Shown here in pieces: positions 12,751-27,308 of a stretch of 64,000 bases of DNA. The position numbers were made by a program, and so were the translations under genes. The notes under the pieces are model-generated. The model did no database searches. It was not told the DNA's origin and saw only the letters and a list, made by a program, of their open reading frames with translations. The stretch lies in contig NC_086097.1 in assembly GCF_963921235.1 (NCBI RefSeq), positions 36,706,001 through 36,770,000 on the forward strand. The letters run 5' to 3'. Positions within the stretch are counted from its first letter, which is position 1; each line of letters opens with the position of its first letter. The stretch comes from Mobula hypostoma. Lineage: Eukaryota.

Positions 12751-13989
12751 TTTTCCCACATCGTAATGCAGAACACATGGCACTCAAAATGCAGGCAGTT
12801 AATATAACAGCAAGTAAAGCAATGATAATCAAGCAATCTACATGTAAGAAATAGAAAAGGGAACGGACCAGTTATCTCTTCATGCCTGCTCTGTCATTCA
12901 GCGAAACCCGGCATCATATTTTATCTCAATACCGTTCCTGCACTATCTGTCGAGCCCTTAATTTCCTAAACTAATCTATCACTCCATGAATATACCCAGC
13001 AACGGAGCCTCCATTTGGGTGAAGGAAAGATATAGGATATGGCATAAATCATATGCTTATTCTAGAAATATAGATTTAACAACTAAGCCATGTCTACATT
13101 AATGGTTCTTTTTACAAGTAAATAAAAGCTATGTCATTGAAATTGAAATTTAAAGTGAACGTGAATCTATGCCAGCCTCCTGCTCTCTTGGCACACCCCT
13201 GACTCATTCTTATAGTTCATTAAACTCCATGAAGTTTGTAAAATAAATTAGAAAACTAATGAAGACCAAAAGAAAAATCTTGAAATCTATGAACACAGTG
13301 TGTGATTATGGATATTCAGTCACTAAAGTGACAATCACTGTAATGGTTAATCGTAAACAACATAATTTTTCTCAATGAACGATGATAACATTACTTCGTT
13401 TTAAAAATATGCAATCAAAACTTTACATCAAAATTGTGGTTTTAAAAAACTGTATCTAAAAAAAACTGTCGGTGCTTCGCTTTTCCTGATCTCACAGGCT
13501 CAAGCAGAATTTTTTGATAGCGTACTCTACGTAATGCACAAAGGTCTGTTTCTAATGGCTAAACTTCAAGCTCAAAATGCAACAGCCATTGTTAGTAAGT
13601 AATGGAACTAAACTGATTCCAACATGATAACCAATGCATTACACCCATTTGTAGTGCGATTTGTACCAATAGGTTAACACGTACAAGGCTATTGCTGGTT
13701 AAAGTATACAGAGTAGTTACATCAGAGCAGGCTTCAGCCCCACATTGTCACCAACACCTCAAAATCAAGACTTAAATACTCCTCTGAACATTGCACCGTT
13801 GAGCCAACCCATGCATTCAAAGACAAGGTTAATCATATACTAATGTCTTCAACAAGAAGGGCCAAGCAGTTTATTCCTACAATCACAGTTTATTCCTACC
13901 TCCCCAACAAACACTGAACATCTCTTCAGTCAGTTCAATTTGTTTCACTGATATTAGGAACGATGAGATTACTGGATGTAGCAAAGACT

Positions 13990-14385
13990 ACAGAACATAG
14001 AGACATAGAGTCATAGAAGAGTACAGAACAGAAATAGGCCCTTCAATCCATCTAGTCCATGCCAACCCATTTATCCTGCCTAGTCCCATCAACTTGCACC
14101 AGGACCATAGCCCTCCATGCCCCTACCATCCATGTAGCTATCCATATTTCTCTTAAACATTGAAATTGAGCTCACATGCACAACTTGCACTGCAGCTCAT
14201 TGCATATTCTCACGACCTTCTGACTGACGAAGCTTCCCCTCATGTTCCCCTTAAACATTTCACCTTTAGTTGTAGTCCCACCCAACCTTAGTGGAAAAAC
14301 CTGCTTGCATTTATCCTTTCTATACCCTTCATGATTTTGTATACCTCTATCAAATTTCATTTCAATCTTCTACATTCTAAGGAAC
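13990..14385 (-). mobile_element. CR1 LINE 3' fragment
   Basis: GEMFKGNMRGSFVSQKVVRICNEL; tail region at ~13995-14015. Confidence 0.8.
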
Positions 14386-14933
14386 ATATCTAGGCAATGT
14401 TGGGCGTGATATGCAGAGGCATGGCCAGTTCACAAGCACAGTTCTTCAGTTTCATGCCAAAGATGGTTCCTCATACCATTGCCTTTACTATGGTCACTGC
14501 ACTTAACAGCTTCTTAATTTCAAATGTGTGCAATTTAACAGGTTAGACATTGGCATCCTTAATGAGGGGCTCACATGACAAACAGTGTGTTGGGATGAGA
14601 GAGAGGAGGAATACGTGGCATGGGGAGGCTGGGAGCTAGGGTGCAGTGAGGCAAATCTTCCATTCATCATTTTGGCTTGAGATAGTTGGGAATGTTGCAA
14701 ACCAGTCACTTGCATCTCTGTGCTGGGCCTCCCAATGTTACAAATGGGATGTTACGGGAAATTCTGCCTTATTAGAATTAGAATCAGAATCAGGTTTAAT
14801 ATCACAAACATATGTTGTGAAATTTATTGTTTTCCGGCAAAAGTAAAGGGCAATACATAGTAATGAAAAATATAAATTACAATTAAAAAGTATATTTTTA
14901 AAAAATGCTCAGACAATTTCTTCAGTTCATTCA

Positions 14934-15588
14934 GGTTCTGCAATCAACAATGGTTTCGATTGTAAATGTTCCTGTATTACTTTCATGATATCAGCAAATC
15001 TAACTTCAACTGGTTTGATTGGAGCAATCAAACTTTTAAGCAAGCTGTATGCTCTTCCATCATTTGCATTCTGCAAAACTGACACTCGTTTCTCATCAGC
15101 TATTCTATTTGCTTTAAAATACTACTCAATTTGCTCAGTATACATCACCCAGTTATCTTTTGTGCAATCAAATGCATCTGTCCTTCCAAGAATTGTCTGT
15201 TTTTTCTATTTAGTATTATTATAACCTAGTACTCACTGTTTAATAACCAATGAATTTCATCCATTTTCTGCCTTTTATTGTAACCCGACCATTTCTTTCC
15301 CTTTTACAAGGAAAGCATGCTGCACATTTTTTTTAATTTGAACATCTCACCGCGCTTCAACAAGTAGGTAGTCCAAAACATCAAACTAATTGAGAGAAAA
15401 ACAAGGGAGTCCAAGATGCATGTGCTTAGTTTCATCTTAATTTTAGTGAGTCATGCCCTTATGACATGGTAATGTAATGGCACATGCCATTCACATACTT
15501 TTATATATAACCTACAATGAATCGTGTAAACAACAAAAAATGCTAAATAAAATATTTACAATATTACTACTATATTAAATACACAACA
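14934..15588 (-). mobile_element. Gypsy/Ty3 LTR retrotransposon remnant: probable 5' LTR (~15374-15588) plus gag N-terminus
   Basis: Minus-strand translation GRTDAFDCTKDNWVMYTEQIE*YFKANRIADEKRVSVL...AYSLLKSLIAPIKP...HLQSKPLLIAE resembles a Gypsy (K02A2.6-like) gag. The element starts TGTTGTG at 15588. Confidence 0.8.
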
Positions 15589-15679
15589 CCCAGCAACTTA
15601 AATCTGCTCACCCTTTCCATTTCTGATCCCTCAATGAGGACTGGTGTGTGTTCCTTTGACGTACACTTCCTGAAGTCCA

Positions 15680-16680
15680 ACTGGTGATTAATGGTGTTCC
15701 ACAGGAGTCTGTGTTGGAACCGATTCTTTGTACATTATATGTCAGTGATTTGGATGATGCAGTTGATGGCTTTGGTGCAAAGTTTGTAGATAATATATAG
15801 ATAGGTAGAGGGGCAGGTAGAAAGGCTACAGAAGGACTTGGACAGATTAGGAGAATGGGCAAAGAAATGGCAGATGGAATACAGTGTTGGGAAGTGTATG
15901 GTCATGCACTTTGGTAGAAGAAATGAAAGCATTGACTATATTCTAAATGGAGAGAAAATTCAAAAAAGTGAGGCACAATGGGACTTGGGGGTCCTCGTGC
16001 AGGATTCCCTAAAGGTTAATTTGCAGGTTGAGTCTGTGGTGAAGAAGGCAAATGCAATGTTAGCTTTCATTTCAAGAGGACTAGGATATAAAAGCAAGGA
16101 TGTAATGTTGAAACTTTATCAAGCACTGGTAAGGCCTCACTTGGAGTATTATGACCACTTTTGGGCCCCTTAGAAAGGATGTGATGAAACTGCAGAGAGT
16201 CAAAGGAGGTTCATGAAAATGTTTCCAGGATTAAATGGCTTGTCATATGAGGAGCCTTTAATGGCTCTGGGCCTGCACTCACTAGAATTCAGAAGAATGA
16301 GGGATGACCATATTGAAACCTAGCAAATGGTGAGAGGCCTTAATAGAGTGGATGTGGAGAGGATTTTTTTTATGGTGGGAGGGTCTAAGACCAAAGGACA
16401 CAGCCTCAGAATAGAGGGGCATCCTTTTACAGCAGTGATGAGGAGGAATTTCTTTAGCCAGAAAGTGGTGATCTGTGGAATTCTTTGCCACAGGCAGCTG
16501 TGGAGGCCATCTTTATGGCAGAGGTTGACAGATTCTTGATTGGTCATGGCATGAAGAGGTATGGGGAAAAGTCAGGAGATTGGGGCTCAGAGGAAAATTA
16601 GATCAACTGTGATGAAATGGCAGAGCAGACTCAATGGCACAAACGGCCTAAATATGCTCCAAATCGCTTATGGTCTTATA
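15680..16680 (+). mobile_element. 5'-truncated CR1 LINE (RT C-terminal half, decayed)
   Basis: GVPQESVLEP, DRLGEWAKKWQMEYSVGKC, LYQALVRPHLEY; CTTATGGTCTTAT tail. Confidence 0.92.
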
Positions 16681-18224
16681 TGGTATACATAAACGGATAA
16701 TAAATTTACTTTGAACTCAAACATATTCCTATGTTTTGTTTAATGCAACCAACTAAAGCTAATTTAAAGCCTATGAACTAATGGAGAGAGCTCCATTAAT
16801 CTGACCCAGTCCATTTCCACCATGTTGTGAGAAGTTATATTTCTTAGATGCACTGATTATGTTCAAACTAAAGAGTTAAATGCTAGAATCTTTTTTCCAG
16901 TTTATCAGATGCAGTGCATGAGGTAATTAATAATGCTATACATAATATGAAAAATTGTCGTACTACTTGATTTTACAAAACAACTTTTCTGCTGGAATGC
17001 ACGATTGTTCAATTTAATTTGGCTTATTCACTTAACTTATTTTAATTTAATTACATATGAATAAATTTAAAACCTTCGAATTTCTTCTTCTTAATGTAAG
17101 ATCATTGGGCTGAATTATGAGCTCCTGTCTCTTTGCTGACGCTGCAATGACCTGTTGAACATTCCATGTTTTTCTTTCAGATATCCGTCACTTTCAGATT
17201 TTTTTTTTGCGCTTGAATGTAGAAATAATGTTCATTTGACATTTTCCTCTCTCTGTTCAAACTAATAAAATATCCTCCAAGATGTGTGGTTGACTAAATG
17301 GCATATAAGCACTGCTCCCCATTACCTGGGCACTGAGGTAGTCTTTGACTTTGTACCTGTTTCTCCTTACCAATAGATCCTTATTTCTCCATGTCTTTCT
17401 TTTCTCCAACAGCCTCTGAGTCACATTATAATCCTTTTGAACACCTCCTACAGCCCAACTGCAATAGGGTGATTCAGACCTTTAAAACTTTGAATTTTAA
17501 ATTAAATTTTCATCACTCTCTGTCTTTAACCTATTTACAAATATGTCTAAAAACATCCTATGAGAACATCTGAAAATCTGCCAACTGAAAACAATTTTTG
17601 AACCTCTGCTTTAGCTTCTCAATTCAAATCTGATGTCACTTCTAAAAAAGAAATTTACTGCCTGATTGTACATGCACAGAGAGAGTGGAATAATGTTCCC
17701 TTGCTGTCAGTTCGTACAGCCGGTATATCTCCCTGGAGATGCTGTCAGCTAAAATGAGTGAAACTTGAAGGTTTTAAACAGCAAGGTTGCTGTACTTTGA
17801 GATATGGGAACATGTGCTGAAACTCTTCTCAACCAGGAATGCAAATCTTGGTGCAGACAGTCCACCAACCGATTTCATAGGTGGCTTGATAAACCTTCAT
17901 TAAAATTTTTAGCTCAATGTTGCTGGAATCAGCAGACTCAGGATAACAAAGATAGTTCCCCTTCTCCAACCCTAGATTTCACTGAATGTCCTTGAAACAA
18001 ATTTATTTATATAAAATAAAACTCCTAGTAATTCTAAAGTGTATCACCATTTTTAGACTTGTAGTCTTTACTACAGCCAACGCTTTCTAGATCTTCAAGA
18101 TATGAAGGAGATTATGAGCATGATCAATTTTGGACAAGTAGCACTACAGGGTGGATATTACACAGAATTTTAATTTATTTTCCTGCTCCCCTCTCATTAA
18201 TAGAAAAAAGGCCTCCATCTAATG

Positions 18225-18610
18225 CCTCTTAAATGTCTCACAAGGGCCCAATGCACTTACAGCCAATTTAGTTTTGTGAAGTGTACTCTTGTAACATAGC
18301 AACCAGCTTGTGTAAAGTATGCTTCCATAAAAACAGCAAAAGACAATCAGCAGATAAGTCTCCTCTTTTTGTTTCAAAACCATGCTGCCTCGGTTGTCAG
18401 TCAGCACATCGGAAGCAGGATGGTTTCTGACTTGTACAAATCAGTCTGATGGACAAATGAAAGCAGAGCTTTAACATCTCATGTAAAGATCCTGTGCTGC
18501 AGAGGGGAGTGAGCCTAGACCATTTTGTTCAAGTCCCTACGGAGGGAGCTCAGGACCCTGTGACCTTCAGTCTCAGGAGCAGAGAATGCTACGGACTGCC
18601 ACAGCTGACA
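18225..18610 (-). mobile_element. Old DeuSINE/SacSINE1-like SINE copy
   Basis: TTACAGCCAAT...TGAAGTGTA...CAGATAA segment, similar to ~44970-45200 and ~39240-39440. Family assignment is from recall. Confidence 0.45.
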
Positions 18611-20499
18611 TGGTAAAAGCACAGCCACCCTGCTCTGCTGAAATCCCATTCACAAACCTTTTTTCTGTGGGAAGGGAAGACTAGAGTAAGACAATAGCAG
18701 GCATTTAACATTTACATCCTCAGAGCTGAATCATAGCCCAACCTTCACACAGACTGTTGGCCTGTAGCCTCTGCTTGAAGAGCTCAGCCTGTGTGGGAAA
18801 GGATAAGACTGCCTGATCCCAATCCCAATTTTTGAGTATGGTAATAATGGTTCAGAATGTGTCGTCATTGAGAAAGTGGGAATCTAGGAAGTCTCAGGTT
18901 TAATGGAGAATCTGTGGCATTAGTTGTTCTCAATCTAGACAGCAGTCAGCTGTCTACAGTTGCACAGACTGACTTAAAGACAAGAAAAAGGGAATGAATT
19001 TACATGTCAGAATGCAAGAATCATTATAAGAAGCCCCCGTTGGGGTCCACACATTATAACTGGCTCCATTGTTGATTTTCTGGCGAGGATCCAGTAAAAT
19101 GCACAATTGGATAGAAGAAATTATTTTGTCCAACTTGAATAGCACTTGACATCTAAAATACCGTCTACTGTTCCAGTTTGTCAAGCCTGAAAAAGCCACC
19201 TTCAATTTGTAAAAAATTACTTCACATTAACAGATCTTTTGCAAGCCCAGGATCATTTTCACAGCAATACAAGAGGGTGCATTGCCACAATCTCACACTC
19301 CCTCTTTATCACACATCTATGCAGCAGGAACAGCCTGTAAACCTGACTGTGTGCAACAGCATTAACCAAGCTGAAGGGCTTGACACCGGACGGCCAGAAA
19401 TACTGAGAAGAGAATGCTTGAGTGTTGTAACCAACTCAATCCTGCAAATACAATACATTTAGATTAAAAGATCAACTCTCACTTGTCTTCTCATGTTAGC
19501 CCTAGAGCTTTGATCTATTCTGCCGTCAAGGACAGGAAACCCGTTTCTTTCTGAAAGCCTCAACAGTATCCCCCATTGTTGCAGAAGATTAAGATCTATT
19601 AACCAGAAGCCTAAAAGTTTTTGCAGCAATGTGTTAAGTAGAAGGGGATTTTTGACTGTACTATGTGAGAATGTGAAGCATTGTGCAGAATAGGCCATGG
19701 AAAGAAAGGTTGCAAAATGACACCATTTGGAGGAAGCATACACAAGGAAGTCACTAAATGGTCTCATGCTGGAGTTACAGCCTCCATCACAGGTCACAGC
19801 TCAGCTATTGATGAAGGATGATTGGCAAGTTACAGTGAGAGCACTATCTTAAATGGAACATTACTGGGTAATTAAAATCAACTTTAAATATCATGCATTG
19901 GTGAATTTCTATTAAAAAAAGATACAACTGCCTTAACATTATGGGGTAGCACTGGTAAAATCTCCTTCAGTTGAATCGCCCGCGCACATTTTTGGGGAAA
20001 TTACACTTTATGATTACGGATTTATTAATGCTACTTCTGCTCACCCAATAAAATGAATACATAAAACTAGAAGCTGCATAGGAAACTCACAAGAACAGCA
20101 CAGATATTGAACAGAGAAGTGATAAGCCACGACATGTGCTGCCCGCCTTCCCCTCCATAACAGCCTATCTTTGTTCACTTCTGTTCACGGCTTCATCCCT
20201 CCGTGCCTCCTGTCCTACAAACCCTCTCACCTTACTCCTCGCTCCTGTGCCTTGGCTTCTGGTGGATCCCACCACACTATTTACTTCTTTACCTTTCGGA
20301 CCCGCATTGTTAAATCCCCTTCTTAAATAGCAGCACTTCTCCATTTTCCTCTTCCTCAACATCATCCAGAATCCCCAACCAGAGGATTCATTCATGGCTT
20401 CTTTTTGTTGCTCCACCCCACTCCGCCATTTGTCTCCACCATTTGAAGATTTGGCATCAGCCTCTATATGAAGAGGATACTTGTAATCACTCAAGAGCA

Positions 20500-22275
20500 T
20501 CTGAAGTTTCTTCAGATACATAGAGTGTAAAAGAGAGGCAAGAGTGGATATCAGACCACTGGAAAACAATGCTGGAGAGGTGGTAATGGGGGACAATGAA
20601 ATGGTGGACAAACTGAATAAGTATTTTGCATCAGTCTTCACTGTGGAAGACACTAGCAGTATCGTGGAAGTTCCAGCTGCTGGGGGCGTGAAGTGCGTGA
20701 AGTTACCATAATTAGACAGAAGGTTCTTGGGAAACTGAAAGGTCTAAAAGAAGATAAGTCATCTTGACCAGGTGGTGTACACCCCAGGGTTCTGAAAGAG
20801 GTGGCTGAAGAGATTGTGGAAGTATTAGTAATGATCTTTTTAGAATCACTAGATTCTGGAATGGTTCCAGAAGATTGGAAAATTGCAAATGTCACTCCAC
20901 TCTTCAAGAAGGGAGAGAGGCAGAAGAAAGGAAACTATAGGCCAGTTAGTCTGACCTCTGTGGTTGGGAAGATGTTGGAGTCGATTATTAAGGATGAGCT
21001 CTCCGGGTACTTGGAGGCACATGATAAAATAGGCCATAATCAGCATGGTCTCCTCAAGGGAAAATCTTGCCTGACAAATCTGTTGGAACTCTTTGAAGAA
21101 ATAACAAGCAGGATAGCCAAAGGAGAATCACTTGATTTTGTGTACATTAATTTTCAGAAGGCCTTTGACAACATGCCACACATGAGGCTATTTAACAAGC
21201 TTTGAGCCCATGGTATTACAGGAAAAGTTCCCAGCATGGATAAAGCAGTATCTGATTGGCAGGAGGTAAAGAGTGGGAATGAAGGGAGCCTTCTCTGGCT
21301 GGCTGCCAGTGGCTAGTGGTGTTCCACAGGGGTCTGTGTTGGGACGGATTCTTTTTACATTATATGTCAATGATTTGGATGATGGAATTGATGGCTTTGC
21401 TGCAAAGTTTGCAGGCGATAGGAAAATAGGTGGAGGGGCAGGTAGTTTTAAGGAAGTAGAGAGGCTACAATAAGACTTAGACAGATTAGGAGAATGAGCA
21501 AAGAAATGGCAGATGGAATACAGTGTTAGAAAGTGTATGGTCATGTACTTCGGTAGAAGAAATGAAAAGGTTGACAATTTTCTAAATGTATAGAAAATAC
21601 AAAAAACTGAGATGGAAAGGGACTTCAGAGTCCTTGCGTAGGATTCCCGAAAGGTTAATTTTAAGGTTGTGTCTGTGGTGAGGAAGGCAAATGTGATGTT
21701 AGCATTCATTTCAAGAGGACTAGAATATAAAAGTAAGGCCTCATTTGGAGTATTGTGAGCAGGTTAGGGCCCTTATCTTGGAAAGGACATGCTGAAACTG
21801 GAGAGGGTTCAAAGAAGCTTCATGAAAATGATTCCAGGGTCGAATGGTTTGTCATATAAAGAGTATTTGATGGCTTTGGGCCTGCATTGGGGGTGATCTC
21901 ATTGAAACCTATCAAATGGTGAAAGGCCTTGATAGAGTAGATACAGAGACGCTGTTTCCTGTGGTGTGACCAGACGACACAGCATCAGAATAGACAGTCG
22001 TCCTTTTAGAACGGCGATGAGGAGCAATTTCTTTAACCAGAAAGTGGTGAATCTATGGAATTCTTTGCCACAGGTAGCTGTGGAGGCCAAGTCTTTATGT
22101 GTATATAAGGCAGAGGTTGATAGATTCTTGATTGGTCAGAGCATGAAGGGATAATGAGGAGAAGACAGGAGATTGGGGCTGAGAGGAAAATTGGATCAGT
22201 TATGATGAAATGGCAGAGAGGATGAAATGGGCCAAATGATCTAATTCTGCTCCTATATGGACTTATGGTCTTAGG
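20500..22275 (+). mobile_element. 5'-truncated CR1 LINE (~1.8 kb) with disrupted RT
   Basis: VPEDWKIANVTPLFKKG, NYRPVSLTSVVGK, INFQKAFD, SGVPQGSVLG, KFAGD (FADD mutated); multiple stops; CTTATGG tail. Confidence 0.95.
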
Positions 22276-23205
22276 GTCTAAGAAGTAATGGTGTACCATC
22301 CTGGGATGGAATGGAGTGAGGATCATGCTGAAAATCATGGAGTCAGGCTCCAGATAGGAAGGATAAGGGGTGAGCAGGTGTGGAGGGTGCAGGAAACAAT
22401 ATCGGCTCTTTCACAAAGGCTGAAATTCGTGGCAGTGGGAGGTCAGTTGCTCGTGAGAGTTGCACTATTTCTGTGGCATTTTGGCAGAGCTGAGTAGCAA
22501 AGAGTGGGGAACAGGCTCAAGAAACTACTGGAATGAGGTAGGTGAGGGGCAAAAAGGGGAGGGCTGGTTAATGAGTGTTTTTATTTATTCTGCGGGGCTT
22601 AGTGTTATCTGCAGAGCTCTGTACACAGCAGGCTAGGAAAGGGCCTGGCAGAGGGAGATGCAGGCTATCAGAGTCCTTTTATAATTGTAAGCTTCAGAAC
22701 CTGTCTCTCATTCAAGTTAATTGCAGTCAACCACGCACAGGTATACAGCTAAATGAAACATCATTCCTCTGGGACTACCAAAATTGGCAGGTTGATATAA
22801 AGTGTGACGTGCATGTTTATGAGGACAGTAGAACATTACTGAAGGACACATGGACGTCCTCTTGTATATTTAAAGGGATCTGCACTGATTTATAATGGCT
22901 ATCAGAATCATCAAGACCAGAGAGGCCCTATACAGCAGTGGCCCAAAGCTGATATTCAATGTACTCAATTCAGACCCATTAGCCTGCTGTAGCAGTGAAT
23001 CCAAATACTGTAATTCCTTAAACTGGATTCAAATCATCTCTAACAGATGACCTTTTTTTATGCCACGGAGCCTTACGATTAACTGAGAGGTCCTTGGACC
23101 CCAGGTTTGGAACCACTGTTTTCAGTCAACCTTATTCCCTTTTTTTGTACATCGACAAGCTGCAATAGAATCAAAGGTTGGAATGTTGAACACACTGGAA
23201 GTGTA

Positions 23206-23729
23206 CTTTCACTGGTCACTTTAGTAGGTACCCCTGTTCACTTGCTCATTAATGCAATTATCTAGTCAGCCAATCACATGGCAGCGACTCAATTCATAAA
23301 AGCATGCAGACATGGTCAAGAGATTCAGTTGTGTTTTTACACCAAACATCAAAATGGGGAAAACAATGTGATCTAAATGACTTTGACCATGGAATGATTG
23401 CTGGTGGTTTGAATATCTTAGAGACTACCGATCTCCTGGGATTTCATACTCAACAGTCTCTAGGGTTTACATATAATGGTTTGAAAAGCTGTAAAAACAC
23501 CCAGCGAGCAGCAGTTCTGTGGGTGAAAATGACTCATTAAGAGGAGATTGGCCAGATTGGTTCAAATTGACAGGAAGGTGACAGAACTCAAAAAAACTAT
23601 GCCTTACAACAGTGGTGGGCAGAAGAGCACTTCTGAACGCACAACACATCAAACCTTGAAGTGGATGGGCTGCTGCAGCAGAAGACCACACCAGGTTCCA
23701 CTCCTGTACCGAGAAGTGGCCACTAGATG
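23206..23729 (+). mobile_element. Non-autonomous Tc1-like element retaining the transposase N-terminus
   Basis: TA flanks with decayed TIRs (CTTTCACTGGTCACTTTAGTAGGTAC / GTACCGAGAAGTGGCCACTAGATG). GKQCDLNDFDHGMIAG...ILETTDLLGF resembles the Tc1 paired-like HTH. Confidence 0.8.
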
Positions 23730-24051
23730 TACAATACTCATGCCGGACGGGAGGATTAGGTCTGCTTTACAACTGTGTAACATAACTGGTGGACATAATT
23801 AGTAGCAGAAGCTTGAAGACTCAATATTGTTTTGAATGTCCTGCTTTACAAACAAACCCCTACCTCTTTGATGTATATTTGCTCAGCCTTTTGACAATAC
23901 AAGTCTCAACATCAACTCTTGCATTGAGACAGCATCACTTCAAACCAGAGGTCCATAGACCCCTTGTTCAATGGTAAGGGTCACTGCATAAACAAGGCTG
24001 GGAATGCCTGCTTTACCCATTCCTCAATCAAAGCTCAATCACAACAGTTAC

Positions 24052-24160
24052 CTTGTTCGCCTTCCTTGCCCTGGTCTGTAATTTGCGTAGCTGCTCTGAA
24101 GCCCGACTTAAAGGGAGACTGCGCGGCAGGACAGCTATGCAAATTCTCCCCATTTTCCGG
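24052..24160 (-). CDS. Candidate internal exon of an unidentified host gene
   Basis: ctgacattttctggcag acceptor and AAG|gtaact donor; 109 nt, open in two frames. Confidence 0.3.
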
Positions 24161-27032
24161 CTGCCAGAAAATGTCAGTCATAAACATAAGGTGCTTTTTT
24201 AATTGCTTGCTGTGCTGAAGATTCAGAATCTGAATCTGATTTATTATCGCTGACATACGTCGTGAAATGTGTCGTTTTTCGGCAGCAGTGCAGCACAAAT
24301 CATAAAAGTTGTAAGTTACAATAAGAAATATCTAAAAAAAAACAAGTAGTGCACAAAGAGTGCAAAATAGCAAGGTATTGTTTGTGGGTTGATGGACTGT
24401 TCAGAAATTTGATGACAGAGGGAAGAAGCTGTTCCTAAAGTGTTGAATGTTTATTTTCAGGCTCCTGTTCCTCCTTCACAATGTCAGTAATAAGAGGAGG
24501 GTTTTCTGTTGAACAACTGAGAAGGCAAATGCTGAGATAACTGCTTCCTCTGGTGGAACAGACAAAATTAGGAAGCAGGGTCTCATTTTAAGAAGTTGGA
24601 CATTAAGCTTGCGGGAGAAACATCACTACCCCAAGGAGCTTGGACTGCTCTATAACAGAGTGTGGAGGATGCTCACTCACTGAGGGTACTCAAGACTGAA
24701 ATCAGTAGATTTATAAATTTGAAGGGACTGAAAGGATACAGTACAAAAATACACAAGCTGCAGGATCAGGCTTCATCCTGCAGAGAGGCAGTGCAGGTCT
24801 GAGCAAACACTAGCAACAGCAGAGGCTGGAATCTGGAGCAACAAGTCATCTGCTGGAAGAATACAGCAGGCGAAGCCGCATCCAGGGTGAGGGGTGGGAT
24901 TTGAGGCCCTTCACCAGGCTTGAGGAGAGTCTGTGGCTGACCTCCGTTCATCTTTCCCGTGTTTTCTGTTTCCCTTTCCACAGATGCTGCCCGACCCACC
25001 ACTGTGTGTTTGCAGCATCTTCAGTTTAAATGTCAGACTTACAGCACCTGCAGTATTTTGGCATTGCTCTGAAGGTTATTGTTGAGTCATGCAATAAAGC
25101 ACACAGTAATGTTTTCCTTAGTTTTTGAGACCTGCCCACACTTGTCTTTTTTAAAATTTACTGCATGAGATCTGGATCCTAGGTGGAATAAGCTAACAGT
25201 GAACAGATGGTGGAGAAGTGAATGATGGGTTGATACAGCCCCATCCTTTAAAATGACTCTCATTAGGTGCACCGGCTAGTCTGCAGATTTTGTGTCAAAC
25301 CTGCAATATTGTTGCAGTACTGTCTGGTCAGTTCAGCAAGGACAAGATTATGCTTTGAATGCTCCTTTAAAACATGGCTGGGTGGTTAGCAAGGTTTTAA
25401 TTGACAATATGTGACTACATTTTAGGACCCTGAGGCAGAGATCCAAAAGCTTGGTTAATGGGAGGGCTTAAGAGGAGACTGAGAGGCAGGCAGCTGAGTG
25501 AGAGAATCCCAGAGCTCCAGCCTGGACATACTTGAGCAAAGCAAAATGGGGAAGGGGTAAGGGGTGCACAAGAGTCTATGGACCTGGATATCGGAGGAGA
25601 AAAGATCTCTCATTAAATGATGGACCAGGTGGTGGCTGATGAGGTGTGGAGTAGGAACCAGCCCACAGTTTCTGGGATGAGCTCAAGGCTGTGGCTGATG
25701 GGAGTAGGGAGGGGAAGAGAAGACATGGCTGAGCAAGTCAGTAACAGATGGCCTGAAGCAGGAAGGGAGACACACAGCTCGGTAAACAGAAGCTGTGTGA
25801 AATCACTTCCAGGGAGGTGCAAATGTTATTAAAAAATACATTCCCTGAACATTTTTGGAACTTGTTCACACTGACTTTCATTGGGGCCTGTGCATAAATA
25901 GCTAATTTACTTGTTTTTTTTGTTATTTAGAGATCCAGCACTGTAACAGGTCCTTCTGGCCCAATGAGCCCACACCGCCCAATTACTCCAATGCAACCAT
26001 TTAACCTGCATCATAAGAATATGGGAGGAAACCCACACAGTCACACTGAGAATGTACAGATTCCTTACAGACAGTGACAGAACTGAACGCGGGTCGCTGG
26101 TGTGATAATTGTGCTAAACTATACGCTACACTACCCTGCCACTCCACTTGAGAACAGAACCCTGAAAAATATTCTGCTAGCCAGAGGGAAGCCAAAGTAG
26201 CAGGCGATATTAAAAATGTACCATTCTGTAAATGAACTCACACAAGATGCTGGAGGAAGTCAGCAGGCCAGGTAGCATCTATGGAAAAGAGTAAACAGTC
26301 AACATTTCAGGCCGAGACCCTTCTTCATTCTGCAGATGGTAACCTTTGTTTCTTATGCAGAGCATTCCCAGTGCCCCAGAGTGAATGGGTTTGGGGCCTG
26401 GGTTTAAAGGATCACAGGGTTAGTGAACTAAATCTGAGGAGCATCAGGTGACAATGGCCAGGGTCAAGAGATGAGGGAGTCTGAGGAAGACGGGGAGAAG
26501 ATGTTGGTCGGTGGTGTTCTGGAGGATTGGAATGGTTTGAGTCACAAGAAAGCAATATCAAGGGACTGTGGTGGTTAGGGTGGAGAAGTTGGGGAGAGGC
26601 ATACTGGGTGGGTGGGATCCTGACCGATGAGTTAAGAACTTGCAGTCAGGGGATCCTAATCCAGTGATGTTGAAAGTGGCCAACTACGATTGTTCCTTAG
26701 TCAGTGTGTTTTAAACTCCTGGCAATGCTCCAAAACAAGCACCACATTGACCCATTCATGAATGACGTGGAAATCAGGACAGGAAATAAGAGTGAGTAAA
26801 TCCAGGGAATGGACAATAAACCATCAGAAGTGAAACCCTGAAATGGTTATCATATTTTACTCTGGCAGAAAATAATCCGTTATTGGGCAATACAGAATTT
26901 AAAACAACATAGTTTTATTGTATTTCCAGATAAATATTCAGCAAGATCTTCACACTGGGCTCTCCCCTTTCTAATACAGATCCATAAAATATTGTCATTC
27001 ACAGCTGTTCTTCATAAGTGCTCCTTATTAAC

Positions 27033-27112
27033 CTGTCTTCATTCCAAGTCCTGGAGTGAAAGATCAGAGTGTTGAATTTGTTCTTTATGTTTTGCCAGAT
27101 GCAAAAGGCTTC
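27033..27112 (-). CDS. Candidate internal exon (EAFCIWQNIKNKFNTLIFHSRTWNED)
   Basis: ctcttttctgtag acceptor and CAG|gttaat donor; 80 nt, single open frame. Confidence 0.25.
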
Positions 27113-27271
27113 CTACAGAAAAGAGTCTTTGTTTTTTTTTTGTCTTTCTCAATGTGCTGCATTGCTGGGGTGGGGTTGTCTTGTCAGAGCATGTTCAAAC
27201 CTATTAAGCCTACACTTAAGCCAATAATGGGTGCATTCACTTTGAGAAGCAGAGTGCCCTCTCACACTCAC

Positions 27272-27308
27272 ATCTGTTGCAATCGGCTGCAACGTGCCAC
27301 TGAGGAGC
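27272..27308 (-). CDS. Candidate internal exon (LLSGTLQPIATD)
   Basis: ttctgttcacag acceptor and GAT|gtgagt donor; 37 nt. Confidence 0.25.

Noticed and set aside
17660..19550. Two further minus-strand exon candidates (~19483-19550 and ~17660-17748)
   Set aside because: Phases do not join each other or the main chain in its chosen frame; peptides unrecognised.
20165..21709. Minus-strand ORFs of 162 and 173 aa
   Set aside because: Mostly antisense shadows of CR1 ORF2.
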